A stretch of DNA of 64,000 bases from Proteromonas lacertae. Lineage: Eukaryota. The notes under the pieces are model-generated. The model saw only the letters and a list, made by a program, of their open reading frames with translations. It ran no database searches and was not told the DNA's origin. Position 1 is the stretch's first letter. Each line of letters starts with the position of its first letter. Positions 11,638 to 23,809 of this stretch are shown here, in pieces. Where the stretch lies: the NCBI GenBank assembly GCA_002245135.1, contig NGBS01000003.1, positions 186,001 through 250,000 on the forward strand, in the 5' to 3' direction. The position numbers were made by a program, and so were the translations under genes.

Positions 11638-14388
11638 TTATAAAACACTATAACTTCTAAATTCTTGTTTTATATTATTCAAAATTTCAGCTTTCTTTCC
11701 TCTTTCTTTAAATTTATTTGCCATATATTTATGTTTATTATCTTTCACTTGCTGTAATCTTATATTCTCTTGAATCTTATCATCTTCATATAGTTTCTTT
11801 TCATAATTCTTCAATTTCTCATTCATACTATAAGACATTATTCTGCTATTGTATTCCTCTTCTTTCCTCAATATATAATCAGCTCTCTTTTTAATCTTAT
11901 TCAAATATATCTCAGTTGCTCTAATATAAGCTTCTTTTCTTCTTTTTTCATTCTCTTCTCCATTTTGGATATATACACTCGCCTTTGCTTGTAAGATTGA
12001 ATCAGCTTTTTCTTGTTTTTCCTTTAACTTTTGTGCTATTCTTTTTCTTTCTCTTTCACCTCTCTTTTCAGTTTCTTCATCTATTTTCTTTCTTCTTTCC
12101 AGTTTTTCATAGCTTATTTGTGCCTTCAAATGTTGAGATGCCTCTTTACCTTCTAAATACTTGTTATATATTTGAGTTCTTCTTATTTCTCGTTTTTGAT
12201 AATCTTTTACTCTAGCTTCCCAGATCTTATTTCTTCTATGCTTATATTCTTCTATTCTGTTATCTAATTCTCTGTATTTCATCTTTCTCATCTTTTCTTC
12301 GTTATATATTTGACTTATTTTTACTGTCATTTCGTTGTTATTTTCTAATTCTGTCAAGTATTTCTCTTCAATTACATTATAAGCATTATGAAGTGACTTT
12401 ATCACTAATTGTAATAAGAACAATTTTCTATTATAAAAGTGTTTTAATTCTACTTGTTTAAATTCATCAGTTATACATTCTATTGATTCATTATTTATAC
12501 TATTTTGAATTGATAAAAACTCTTTTACAGTAATTCCATTCAAATAACAGGAAGTTGAAAATGTAATATTCTTACATAACATATGTAATTGTTCAATATT
12601 ATTCAGTAATTCTATAGATATATTTTTAGCTTCATTTTCATCATATATTCTATCTTGATTATAATCACTTAATAATTCTGGAAGATTCTTATAATAATCA
12701 GGTTCTGATAGAGTATTATTACTTATTTCTATTGGAATGTCTTTTATTATATTAGATACCTGATAATTACATGATTTCTGTTCAGATACTGTTTCTACTT
12801 TATATTGTTGTTGTTGTTGTTGTGGAAGTGGTTGTGAATTGGATTTATTCATTTTCTTTGGTTTTAAGATGATTTCTTCATTATCCTCTTTTTCATCACT
12901 TTCCTGTTCTTTTTCTCCACCTTCTTTATCATCTTCTTCATCATCTCGTTTATCATTTTCTTCTTCTTCTTCCTTCTTCATTTATTATTTCTTCTTTACT
13001 ATTCTTCTTGTGTGATGGTGATACAATTGGACTTGATGGAATATTCAACAATTGACTCTCTTCCACTTTATCTTCTTCTTTCATTTCATATTTGCCAATA
13101 TGATTTCTATTATTATTATTATTATTACACTCAGAATCAAATGAATCAATTAATACACTTGATTGTTGAACACAAACACCATTCTTATTTATATCATTCC
13201 TATCTACTGTATTATTATTATTATTAATAGTTATTTTATTCACATTTCTTCCTAAGGCTTTATATAACAATCGTTGATGACCTATTTTCATATTAATATA
13301 TTGTAAATCAGATAATGTTATTGTGTTTAATGAATCTACACTATCATATCCTATTTCTATTAATGATTCTAAATATTCTAATAAATGATATTGTTTTAAC
13401 CAATTACTCAATTGTTGGATTTGAATCTCTTTTTCTTTTGCTTGAGTCTTTTTTAATTCTTCAATCATTAACTGTAATTTTGGTTTTGATCTTGTTTTTG
13501 GTTTATTTTTATTCTGTGTTTGTTTTTTCTTTGGTTTTATATCATAATTGATTGATTGGTTTATATATTGATCTTCTCCACTATATTCTGAACTTGTATT
13601 TGTTCTATAATCATTGCCACTTAACATGTTGGAATATAATTGGGTCGAGCTTGTTGGCTTGGCTGTGTTTGGTCTTCTTTTCTGTTTGGATTGAGATGAT
13701 GGTGAAGAAGATGATGTTGTAGTGTTTGTAGATGGATTAATTGCAGATAAAGGACGTTGTTGTTGTTGTTGTTGATTATCTTGTCTTATACTTTTAAATT
13801 TATAATTTTTATTTACATCTGGTTTAAATGGATATGGAACTATTAATAAGAATTATATTTATTATTATCTATACGTGGTTCTGGTTCTGGTATTTGTTTT
13901 GGTTGAGACATACGATCAAAGTATTCTTTCTGTCTTTCTGATAATTCATGTCTATGACTATCATTATATTCATATTCTATTTCATATAAAAAATTGTTTT
14001 GCGCTATTTAACATAAATTTGCAATTATACATATGGAAGGCTTGAGAAAATGAGATAATTTTGATGTGTTAAGGGTTGTGGAATTTTCTACTACTACTGG
14101 ATATTCTGCTTCACTATCCTCATTCTGATATATGGGTAATGAATAAGCTGTGAAAAAACAGGAAGTTGTTCCTCTTTTAGGTGGAGGTACTTTATCTGCT
14201 GGATATAATTTTGTTTCAAAATCTGAACGTAATTTAGGAGGTTCAATATCTTCTTTAACTCCATAATCAGCTAATATCAGATTATATCTTGCCTTCGACT
14301 TATATTTCTTCTTCTCACTTTCATAAATTCTCTTCGGTAATGGTTTCAAATATACAGAAGGTATATGGAAGTCATCATAATCACTCAT
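11638..14388 (-). CDS. SAM-domain / coiled-coil protein, multi-exon, with one unexplained frameshift near 12970
   Basis: SAM motif LSNWLKQYHLLEYLESLIEIGYDSVDSLNTITLSDLQYINMKIGHQRLL and a long Lys/Glu coiled coil. The ORFs 12953-13627 and 11638-12981 overlap out of frame in a GAA repeat. Confidence 0.65.
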
Positions 14389-14492
14389 TTTTAAAAAACG
14401 TTAATTTTTGAATTATAAACGACTCTATTTTTATTATTTGTTCAATTTTTATCTCACCAACTAAACAATATTAATAATATTAATTTCATTAT

Positions 14493-16225
14493 TTATATTT
14501 GACCTGATGTTAATGGAGTATATAATCTACTTCTACTTCGTCTATAATATCCTACTCCAATAATTGAAGATACTAAACCAACAGTTAAAACAATAGGCCA
14601 GAACAATGGATTACTAGTAAGTCCACCTTCTTCTGGTTGAACATTAGCTGGTTTAAGATTCTGTGAGTTTGATTTGGTTGTTGTTGGTGGAATAGTTGTT
14701 GGTTCAGGAGTTGTAGGTGAAGCAACAGCAGCAGCAGAAGGAGCAACAGTTATATTAGCATTACCTTCGATAATACGATTCTTTGGACTTGGCTTACCAT
14801 TACATTAAAACTAAATAAAGAAAAACTAAAAACAAATTCACTTATAAAAAATAAAAAAAGGATATATTAGCTTCAACAATACCAATATTATGTTTATTTA
14901 AATTAAATATAAAATCATGATCTCTCATAAAATTATTACCTAATATATTCCTTGACATTGAGTATAATCCCAAACAATATGTTTGAGTATCTCTATCATT
15001 AGGTCTCCACATGTAATTTTTAGCTTTTACTACTAATACAGCACCTCCACTGAATGTGATAGTAATATCTGGGAAAGATGATAAATCTGGGTTTTTAAAA
15101 CAAAAATGTTCACGATTCTTCGAGCCTGTAGTTTGAGTACCAACACATTTTTTGCTATTACAGTAAGAATAGAGGGATGATGAGATTGAATTGATCATTG
15201 AAGATGACATATAGGTTAAACTTGTACCACTATCTACCAATACATGACTATAATAATAATAATAATAAGATTAATTTAAAAAATACGAGAAAGTTCCAGA
15301 TACACTTCTTCCTCCTACACTAATACCACTACCATCTGCATAATAATATGAATCACCTGAATAGGGAGTATATCCAATAGTTCCTTTATGAAATGAAGTT
15401 TCTATACCACCAACAGCAAAATAACCACCAGTTTCAGCAATACAGAGTGAGAATACCGGATTAGGCAATTTATTATGATTTTTTAAATGAAGTAAAAATG
15501 TATTTGCTATAGAATATATGAATAAATTATATACATCTTGGTGATAAACCCAATATACCATCAGCCTCTTGCGTTCTGAATAATTCTAATAAATATAACA
15601 ATCATTAAAAATACTTGTTTCTTTAGAATGACAACCAAAAGGGTATTGAATTGCAAATTCTTTAATATGATCACTTGATTTATCAGGTGTAATACCTTTA
15701 ATTTCAGTATCACCACCAAGGTAGATATAATCATAATAATATATTCCTCTATATGAACTTCCTTCTGTGTATGACTATTAATTATAAATTAGGAATATTA
15801 TACTTGAGACCAGCTACATCCACCATTATTACATGTACTACAACTTACACCATGTGTGTTCGCACAACTTATCTTTTCAGAGGATGAAGAACTTGAAGGA
15901 ACAAAAGGAGAATTTAGATGTTTACCACAATCACATCCTGTGCATGGAACCGACATGATACTACTTCCTGTGTCAACAATAACTGTGAATTTCTGTGGAG
16001 GAGTGCCAATATAAATTGTTGTGTAATAATAACTAAAATGAACATTAGGAATATATTATACCCAATCTTTTGAAAATTTCCCATTAATGGAACTTCTTCC
16101 AATAAATCTCCTAACACTCTCATTGATTTAACTGGTAAGTCAACTCTGTGTAATGGCATTACTATAGTAGAAGTATTACTGCCAAAAACAAACATAATCA
16201 TAAATAAAAAAGCGAAACACTTCAT
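14493..16225 (-). CDS. A1-family aspartic protease, plasmepsin V/ASP5-like (signal peptide, C-terminal TM helix)
   Basis: MKCFAFLF signal peptide, VIVDTGS and VDSGTS catalytic motifs, [20 protein letters not shown], Pro/Thr stalk, TM helix, and a cytosolic tail with YTPL. Confidence 0.85.
14805..14865 (-). other. putative U12-type intron, AT-AA ends, 61 nt
   Basis: On the minus strand it starts ATATCCTTT (canonical U12 donor), has branch-like TTTCTTTAT and ends TTTTAA. Removal restores the IGIVEAN|C motif. The internal AG acceptors lead to stops. Confidence 0.85.
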
Positions 16226-16321
16226 CTTCACTTCAAAAAGCAAAAAATTATTGAGATGAAGCGAAAAAATAACCCCCAAATTTTGGTATAAAATTTGAAT
16301 TTTTCTGTTGATTTCTTTCAA

Positions 16322-18636
16322 ATGTCGAAGAAAGAAACTCGTAAAATATGTGTTGCACTCAGAGTTAGACCGATGAACGCCAGAGAAGTATAATATACAT
16401 TATTAGTGTGTAATTCGTAGAGTAATCTTCACGACAAGTGCATATGGAAATGTGATATGAAAAATAACACAGTTTCATTAAATTCAAACGAATTATCATC
16501 TTATTCAGATAAAAATATATATCCATTAGGTATTACTATAAATTACTGATTACTAGATGCAGTATTTGATGAAAATTGTACATCAGAAATGGTTTACAGA
16601 AAAATCGCTTCTCCAATTATCGATGATGTAGTTCGTGGTATAAATGGCACATTATTTGCTTATGGTCAAACATCATCAGGTAAAACATTCACAATGCAAG
16701 GAACACGTGAAAATCCAGGAATGTTATTTCTATCAGCAAACGATATATTCACTAAAATATCAAATACACCTGAAAGACAATTTATTTTGAGAGTTTCCTA
16801 TATAGAAATATATAATGAAATATTATTCGATTTACTTGATCCAACTACATCCCCACAAATACATGAAAGTAATGAAAGAGGAGTGTTTTTAGAATCAAAA
16901 GAAATAACAATTACAGAAATTGATCAAATATCAAATGCATTGAAATTAGGTGAAACAAATCGACATATTGGATCAACAAAGATGAATGAAAGAAGCAGTA
17001 GAAGTCACACAATATTTAGAATCACTATTGAAAGTCAATTAATCAATAACAATAAATTAGAAGAAGAAGAAGATGATGATAATGATGATTATGATAATAA
17101 TGACGGAACTGTATTAATAGGAGTTTTAAATTTAGTTGATTTAGCTGGTAGTGAAAATGCTAAAATGACTGAAGCTAGTGGTGGTAGGTTAAAGGAAGCA
17201 GGCTGTATAAATAAATCACTTTCAACACTATCAAGAGTAATATCATTACTATCTAACAATAAAGGGAAAAACACTTTTATAAATTTTAGAGATAGTAAAC
17301 TTACTAGATTATTACAGCCATCATTGAATGGAAATACTAGAACTGCAATAATTGCATGTATTAGTCCATCTAGTAGTAATAAAGTATAATAATATATTAA
17401 CATATAATATTAAAATAGAGTGAAAGCGAAAGCACAATAAGATTTGCTTGTAGTGCAAGAAATATACAAACTACAACTCATATTAATGCAATATTTAGTG
17501 AGAATCTGAATGATATTGAAACATTGAAACTAGAGAAAGAACAATTGAAACATGCATTAGAAGAGAGTGATAAATTAAATAATGAATTAAACCAGATGAT
17601 TAATACATATATGAAAAATGAAGAGATTTATAATAATGTGAAAAGTCAGTTGAAAGAAATGAGTGATAAATATTTATTCAAAAAGATAAAGAATGAAAAT
17701 GTTGAAATAGAAAATGAAAATGAAAATGAAAATGATGAAGATAAACCAAAAGAAGATGATGATGTAACAATAAAGAAGGAAGAAGAAAGTGCAAATGAAG
17801 AAAATGATAATGATGATGACATTACAGAGTTAGTTAATAGAATGAATAGTGGAATATGTAATATAATAAACGATATAAAGGTTAAAGAAAAGGAGAGATT
17901 TAATATTTATAAGAATATTATTGAAAAAAATAAAAGTTTTGAAGTTCCAATCAATACCAATTTGTTAATTCAAAATGATGATATGAATATAGAAAATATA
18001 ATAAATCACTTTGAAAATGAGATTAGAAGTATTGGTGAATTTTATTACAATAAATATATAGAGTTTGAAAGTATAAAGAAACAGAATGAAAGTTTGAAAT
18101 TAATAATTATTGAAAAAGAAAAGAAGATATTAGAATATAAAAAGAATGAAGAAAATAATAAAAAACAAAATGAAGAGTTAAAAAATCAATATAATGAAAT
18201 ATCCAATAAATATGATCAGTTAATAAATATAAACAAAGAAAATGAATCAACAAAAGAGAAGTTAGAAAAAGAAATTTCCAACTTAAAAATAGATAATGAA
18301 ATGAAAAGTAAAAGAATAGATGAGTTAGATAGGAAGAAGGTTACTCAAGATATGATAGAAAAAGTAGATAAAATATTGAATGAAAATAAAATACTCAAAA
18401 TGAATAATGACAATTTATCTAAATCAATAGATGAAATAAAGAAGGAAAGAAAATTGGAATTGAAAAATATAAAAGATAAAGTGATGAAGGATAAATTATT
18501 AACAGATTTAAAGAAAGAAGTAATAATATATAAGAAGAAATATGAAAAATTAAAGAAAATTTATGAATGTGATGTAAGCAGTAGCAGTGAAAAAGAGAAT
18601 TTGTCAAATTCGATATTTGATTCATCAATAAATTAA
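16322..18636 (+). CDS. kinesin-7 (CENP-E-like) motor protein with coiled-coil tail
   Basis: VALRVRP, FAYGQTSSGKT, MNERSSRSHTIFRI, LVDLAGSE, RLKEAGCINKSL, FRDSKLTRLLQPSL. Three introns. Confidence 0.88.
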
Positions 18637-18779
18637 TCATTTTTTAAAAATCTTATTTTTATCAGTGTTGTATATAACAATCAAACATCAACAGTCCATA
18701 AATAGCTATTATTTTTAAAGATCACATTTATCATACCTAAAAATCTATTTTACTAGTAAATGTTATTAAATACTGAATA

Positions 18780-18997
18780 ATATTAATGGTGGAATTTCTT
18801 ACTATAACTCTCTGATAAATTAACTAAAAAAGACTTCTATGTAATAGCATTACTCTTGCAAAAGAATAAATTAGCAGAAAAAGAAATATAGAAGCGAAAT
18901 ACTTCATATTCACTTCAAAAAACAAAAAAATATAAAAATGGAGCGAAAATTATTGCCCCATAATTTTGGTTTGAGATTTGAATTTTTATTTTTTGAT
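18780..18997 (-). pseudogene. decayed duplicate of the aspartic-protease first exon plus its upstream promoter (~16085-16312)
   Basis: Reads MKYFASIFLFLLIYSFARVMLLHRSLF* versus [15 protein letters not shown]...VMPLHR. Shares the upstream blocks CTTCA..TCACTTCAAAAA, GCGAAAA, CCC..AATTTTGGT and ATTTGAATTTTT in the same order. Confidence 0.75.
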
Positions 18998-19068
18998 AAA
19001 CAGCCTAGTTTATTAGTTTTACCCAACATATATCCAGAATATCAATCAATGTCGTTAATAATAGTTGA

Positions 19069-22000
19069 TTAGATAAGAATTATTATCATAATCATTGAAA
19101 TGAATAAAGTGAGTGATAAATCAACAATATTTCCTTCATCCTCTGATTTTTCTGTTGGTTGAATAGTAACACTTGGAGATTCAGTTGTATCTTTAGTAGG
19201 TTCATCTTTAATAGAATTAAAAATATCTTCATATATGTTATTCAATCTGTCATTTAAACTATTCAATAATCTTTGCTTTAATTCATTAAAATCATCTATA
19301 TATGGAAATTTTACAACATTAATCCAATTATGGTAATAACTTTCAAAGGCCATACAATAATCTGCATTAGGAAATGTGAATATACCAGGATTGGTATAGA
19401 AATAGTTATTTTTTAATGTTTCACTTGCATTACCAATCACAATTATTAATCTTTTAACAGTAGAACGAGAATTACTATAATTGATAAATCCAATTAAACC
19501 ATCATTCACCTTTATATAATTTATTACTCCATTAGAATTTCCAACATAAGTTATATTTATTTCATATGATTTATCAGATGGAATTCCTCTTGTATTCTTG
19601 GTAATAAGCAAAACTTCTTCTTCTAACACTGACAAGTCTCTTTCTTCTAATGGAATTATTAAGAATATTTCTTCATTCTTGGTTATATATATATATTTAT
19701 TTTCGATGTTTATTTCGATATTTGTATCAACTAAATCATTTAAATATACATTCATTTCTTCTTTCTTTTCACAATTGTTGAATTCATCTTTAAATGATTT
19801 CTCTGAATTTGGACAATCATCTTCACCACTACATGGTAATTCTATTTCACTTAACTCACAATTAAAATCATAAATATTGAGGTTATTTTTGTTAGTAATA
19901 TCATAAATCAATTTTATTTGATATATATTTTCTCTAATATATCCTCCATTTTTAATGTCATATTGATATATGATAGTAAATCTGTTTGATGTTATGAAAT
20001 ATCCTCGTAATATTTATCTTCATAACTATAATAATTATAATAATATTCATAATAATAACCTTTTTCTTCTTCTTTTCTTAATTGATTTTCTACTTTCTTT
20101 TCTTCTTTTTTAATTGATTTTACTTCACTTTTTGTTGAATTGTCATAAAATTCTTCTAATATTTTTCTTGTCTTATCTATCAATTTAGGAAAGTTTGTTT
20201 TGAATTGTTCCAATACATTTTCAGCTTCTATTAAAATGAATAAATGAAACATATACTTCTAACTTTGTAACATTCATTTAATAGATAGTTGTATTCACCA
20301 TATCCTTCTTTGAAACAAATTCTTGAATCATTCTCTACCAAATGAAAGAAAAACATATCATTCCCATCATATTCTATACTACCTTCATGATTAAAAGTGT
20401 ATTTATAATAATAATAACTTGGTAAAATTTCATCATTTCCTTTATAGTATTCAAAAATTGATGTATTTGTTTGAAGGATATATTCTTTATCACTTTTATG
20501 CCAATTCCACATTTCATATAGTTTTACTGGATATCTTTCTATTAGTGGATGATCTATTTTATAATGAATATCTGCATTACTTATTTCATGTAATTCTTTA
20601 CCTCTATCTTCTGTTCTTCCTTCATAATATAATTTATCATTCTCAATATAACTTGGAATTCTAATGCCTCTCTTTTTATTCTCCAAAATTGTTTCATATT
20701 CATCTGCACATTTCTCTTTTATTGTTTTGTAATTATATTTCCCTAATTCAATTTGACATGTTATCTCATCTCTACTATCAATTGTAATATATGATTTCTC
20801 TTCATCTATATCTCCTAATGTTATTTTTGTTTTATTTCCTTCTTTACTTGATGTATAAGAATATACAATTACATCTCTAGAAAGTAACATCAGAGTAATG
20901 AGATTCAGAAAATAATAATATTTTATCATCTGATATTAAAGTTGATTTACCATCACTAAAACCATTTCCTTTATATAATTCATCATAATTATCTTCAATA
21001 TTATATTCTATCTCTTTATCTTTATTATCATCATCAATACTTAATAATCCAATTATCTTATTATAATTCTCTTCTCTAAATGATCTATATGCTGTTTTTA
21101 CCTTCTCAATAGCAACAGGAAGCATCACTTTCAAAATCATATCCACTCAAATTGAAGAATTCAACTCTTCCAATGAAGTATTTATCATTGATTCCTTCTA
21201 TCATATGAAACTGATCATTTTCATAATTCAATTTTGCTGTATCTTTATCATAATAAAAATGTTTTCCATTAGTAGTAAATATTTCCCATAAATAGACATA
21301 TACTCACCATCATTTGCTGAATTTAAAACTGTTTTATCTTTAGGAATAGATGGAAAGAGAATAGAAATTCTTTGTATGTTTTCATCAAATACATCACAAG
21401 CTGTTCAATAATAACACACAAAATATACTTGCATTTCTAAGATGAACAATGTTATATCCATATTTTTAAACTGTTATCTACTGATGAAAAAGAATAATTA
21501 CCATCGTATATATAATGCTGTATATCATATCTTAATTTTCATTATTATCAATATCACAATTTCCATAATATTCTTCAAATGATAATCTTGATTTGTTATA
21601 TCCAATTTCTATTTCACTTTCTTTACAATTCATTTCTTTCAATGATATATGGTCTATAATAAATAAAGATGAAAATATAGAATACTTGGATCGGTAAATG
21701 GAATGACAATTTTGAATTGTTCTAAACAAATATAACAAGAATTAATTATACCAGTATCATAAATAGATGCAAAATCACCTTGAGGTTGAGGTGATAAATG
21801 GATAACAATAAATGTATTATCTTTTATGAAATATCCTTTATAATCATTGTTGTTGAGGTAATTGTATACAATTTCTTTATAATAACATTCATTATTATTT
21901 ACCAATTCTTTCATTTTCATCATTTCTTTATTATGATCTATTAATTCTCTTGTAGATGATGTGAAATTTGAATCAAAATTATCATCAAAAGATGAAGAAA

Positions 22001-23036
22001 ATTGATCATAAACACTTTTGAACTTTTCTATAACATCAGTTTTACTAACTGTATATTCACATTCATTAAGATAAAAGCCTGTCCATACTGAGTTTATATC
22101 ATAAAGACTATTACTAGATACTATTGTATGACATATTCTTTCATCATCTTTACTTAATTGTGTATATGCTAAATAATATCCAAATTGATTATTATACACC
22201 AACATTTCATCTAAAACTGAATTTTCACTTACTAAATCTAGACTTTCAGTTATACCAAACTTATATATGTCATTATTCATTGATTGTCCCATATATCCAT
22301 ATAAGTGTCTAGTATAAAATGAATAATAACATTGATATCCATAATAAAAATAATTTTCCTTACATTCATAAGAATATAATAATATTTGACTTGGTTTGTA
22401 AAATTTTAATCCAGAATTCATCTTGTATGTAATATCATCAATACCTATAACATAATAGTATAACACTCTATATACTGTATTTATTATAATCATATTCCAT
22501 TGTATTTTCTATACCATTTTTTCATTGTCAAAATATTCTGGAATAATTACAGACGAGATGATAGTATTAAATTTGGATGAAATATATTTACAGCCATAAC
22601 GAATTTCACTAATAATAATATAAATAATAATAATAATATATACTTCATCTTGTATTTTCTTTTTCCAAATATGCAACCTTCATATCTACTTAATTCACCT
22701 ACAGAATCTTCATCAAACTCAATATAGGAATTTTCTTCATCTAAGGAATATTTTGTAATACTCAATGTTATAGGAGTTGATATAATAGTAATTGAATAGT
22801 ACAATTTTAACACAAAGTAAATAGATATTCATAAGACTTGTGATAACGCATAGCATAGTACTATTCAATAAATAAACAAAATTATTATCATAATGAGATG
22901 AATCACGATAAACAACTCCATACTTCTCTAAATCTATCAAAACTTTCTCAGATTTCACACTTTCTAACTTATACTCTCCACAATGACAACTATCAATCAG
23001 GATAAACCACACAATTAACACCATTACAAACTTCAT
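19069..23036 (-). pseudogene. large Tyr/Asn-rich surface or membrane protein gene with an internal duplication, interrupted by at least 6 frameshifts
   Basis: N-terminal signal peptide (MKFVMVLIVWFILIDSCHC), Ser/Thr stalk and C-terminal hydrophobic tail. GT-AG introns are intact. Indels occur near 22515, 21535, 21465, 21120, 20880 and 20010. It may be an intact gene with assembly errors. Confidence 0.55.
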
Positions 23037-23809
23037 TCTCGATAAAGAGTAAAATGAGTTAAATAAATTGATCGTTTAATGTGTGTAACCGATTATTTAT
23101 CAAGCCACATTTTTATCATCAAACTATCATTTTTACAGTATACATTGACAATTTGATATATTATATCAATATTCATAGTAAATTTTAATACACAAACACT
23201 TGTAGAGGGTTTAATTTCTTTCATTTTGATTATCGCTGGATATAAAGCTAATAACAAAGTAATTCAGTATAATATTCTTCACAAAAATGAATAATATAAC
23301 AATTATACCATTTATATTACTCTAAACAACTCATTTAAGGAAAATATTATTTACGTATTACAATCATCACATACGATGATATATGGAATAATTGAATGTT
23401 TTAAAGTAAGAATATTGATTATATGCCTATTAATTGAAGATATCACTCTGAAGTGTATATTTGAACATTTAAAGTGTTTCATATATTTATATATACATTC
23501 TAATACTCACTGATAACATTATATCAAACTAATTATTACATAAACAATATTTTGTCAGACTTTCATCATGTCATTATAATCATTAATGCATTAGATAATA
23601 GTACTTCATAAATATACAAAATACATAATTAAATGGATATATGTGCTGTACATAAAGACAAAAAATGAAATTAAAATATCACAAGCTTTAGGCTTGATGG
23701 AAGTTTTATTTTCTTTATTTATATAAAAAATAATCATTCTTCATCTAAATATTCATAATAAAATTAATAATTCAATAAAAATAAACAAAATATTTATCAT
23801 CAATTTATT

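Noticed and set aside
22777..22828. possible sixth AT-AA intron (ATATCTAT...TCAA, 52 nt) that would repair a frame break
   Set aside because: The donor is weak, there is no branch-like box, and the locus has many indels, so a simple frameshift is equally likely.
23040..23800. unusually long intergenic region as a possible ncRNA or transposon
   Set aside because: I saw no terminal repeats, tRNA/snRNA-like structure or coding remnant.
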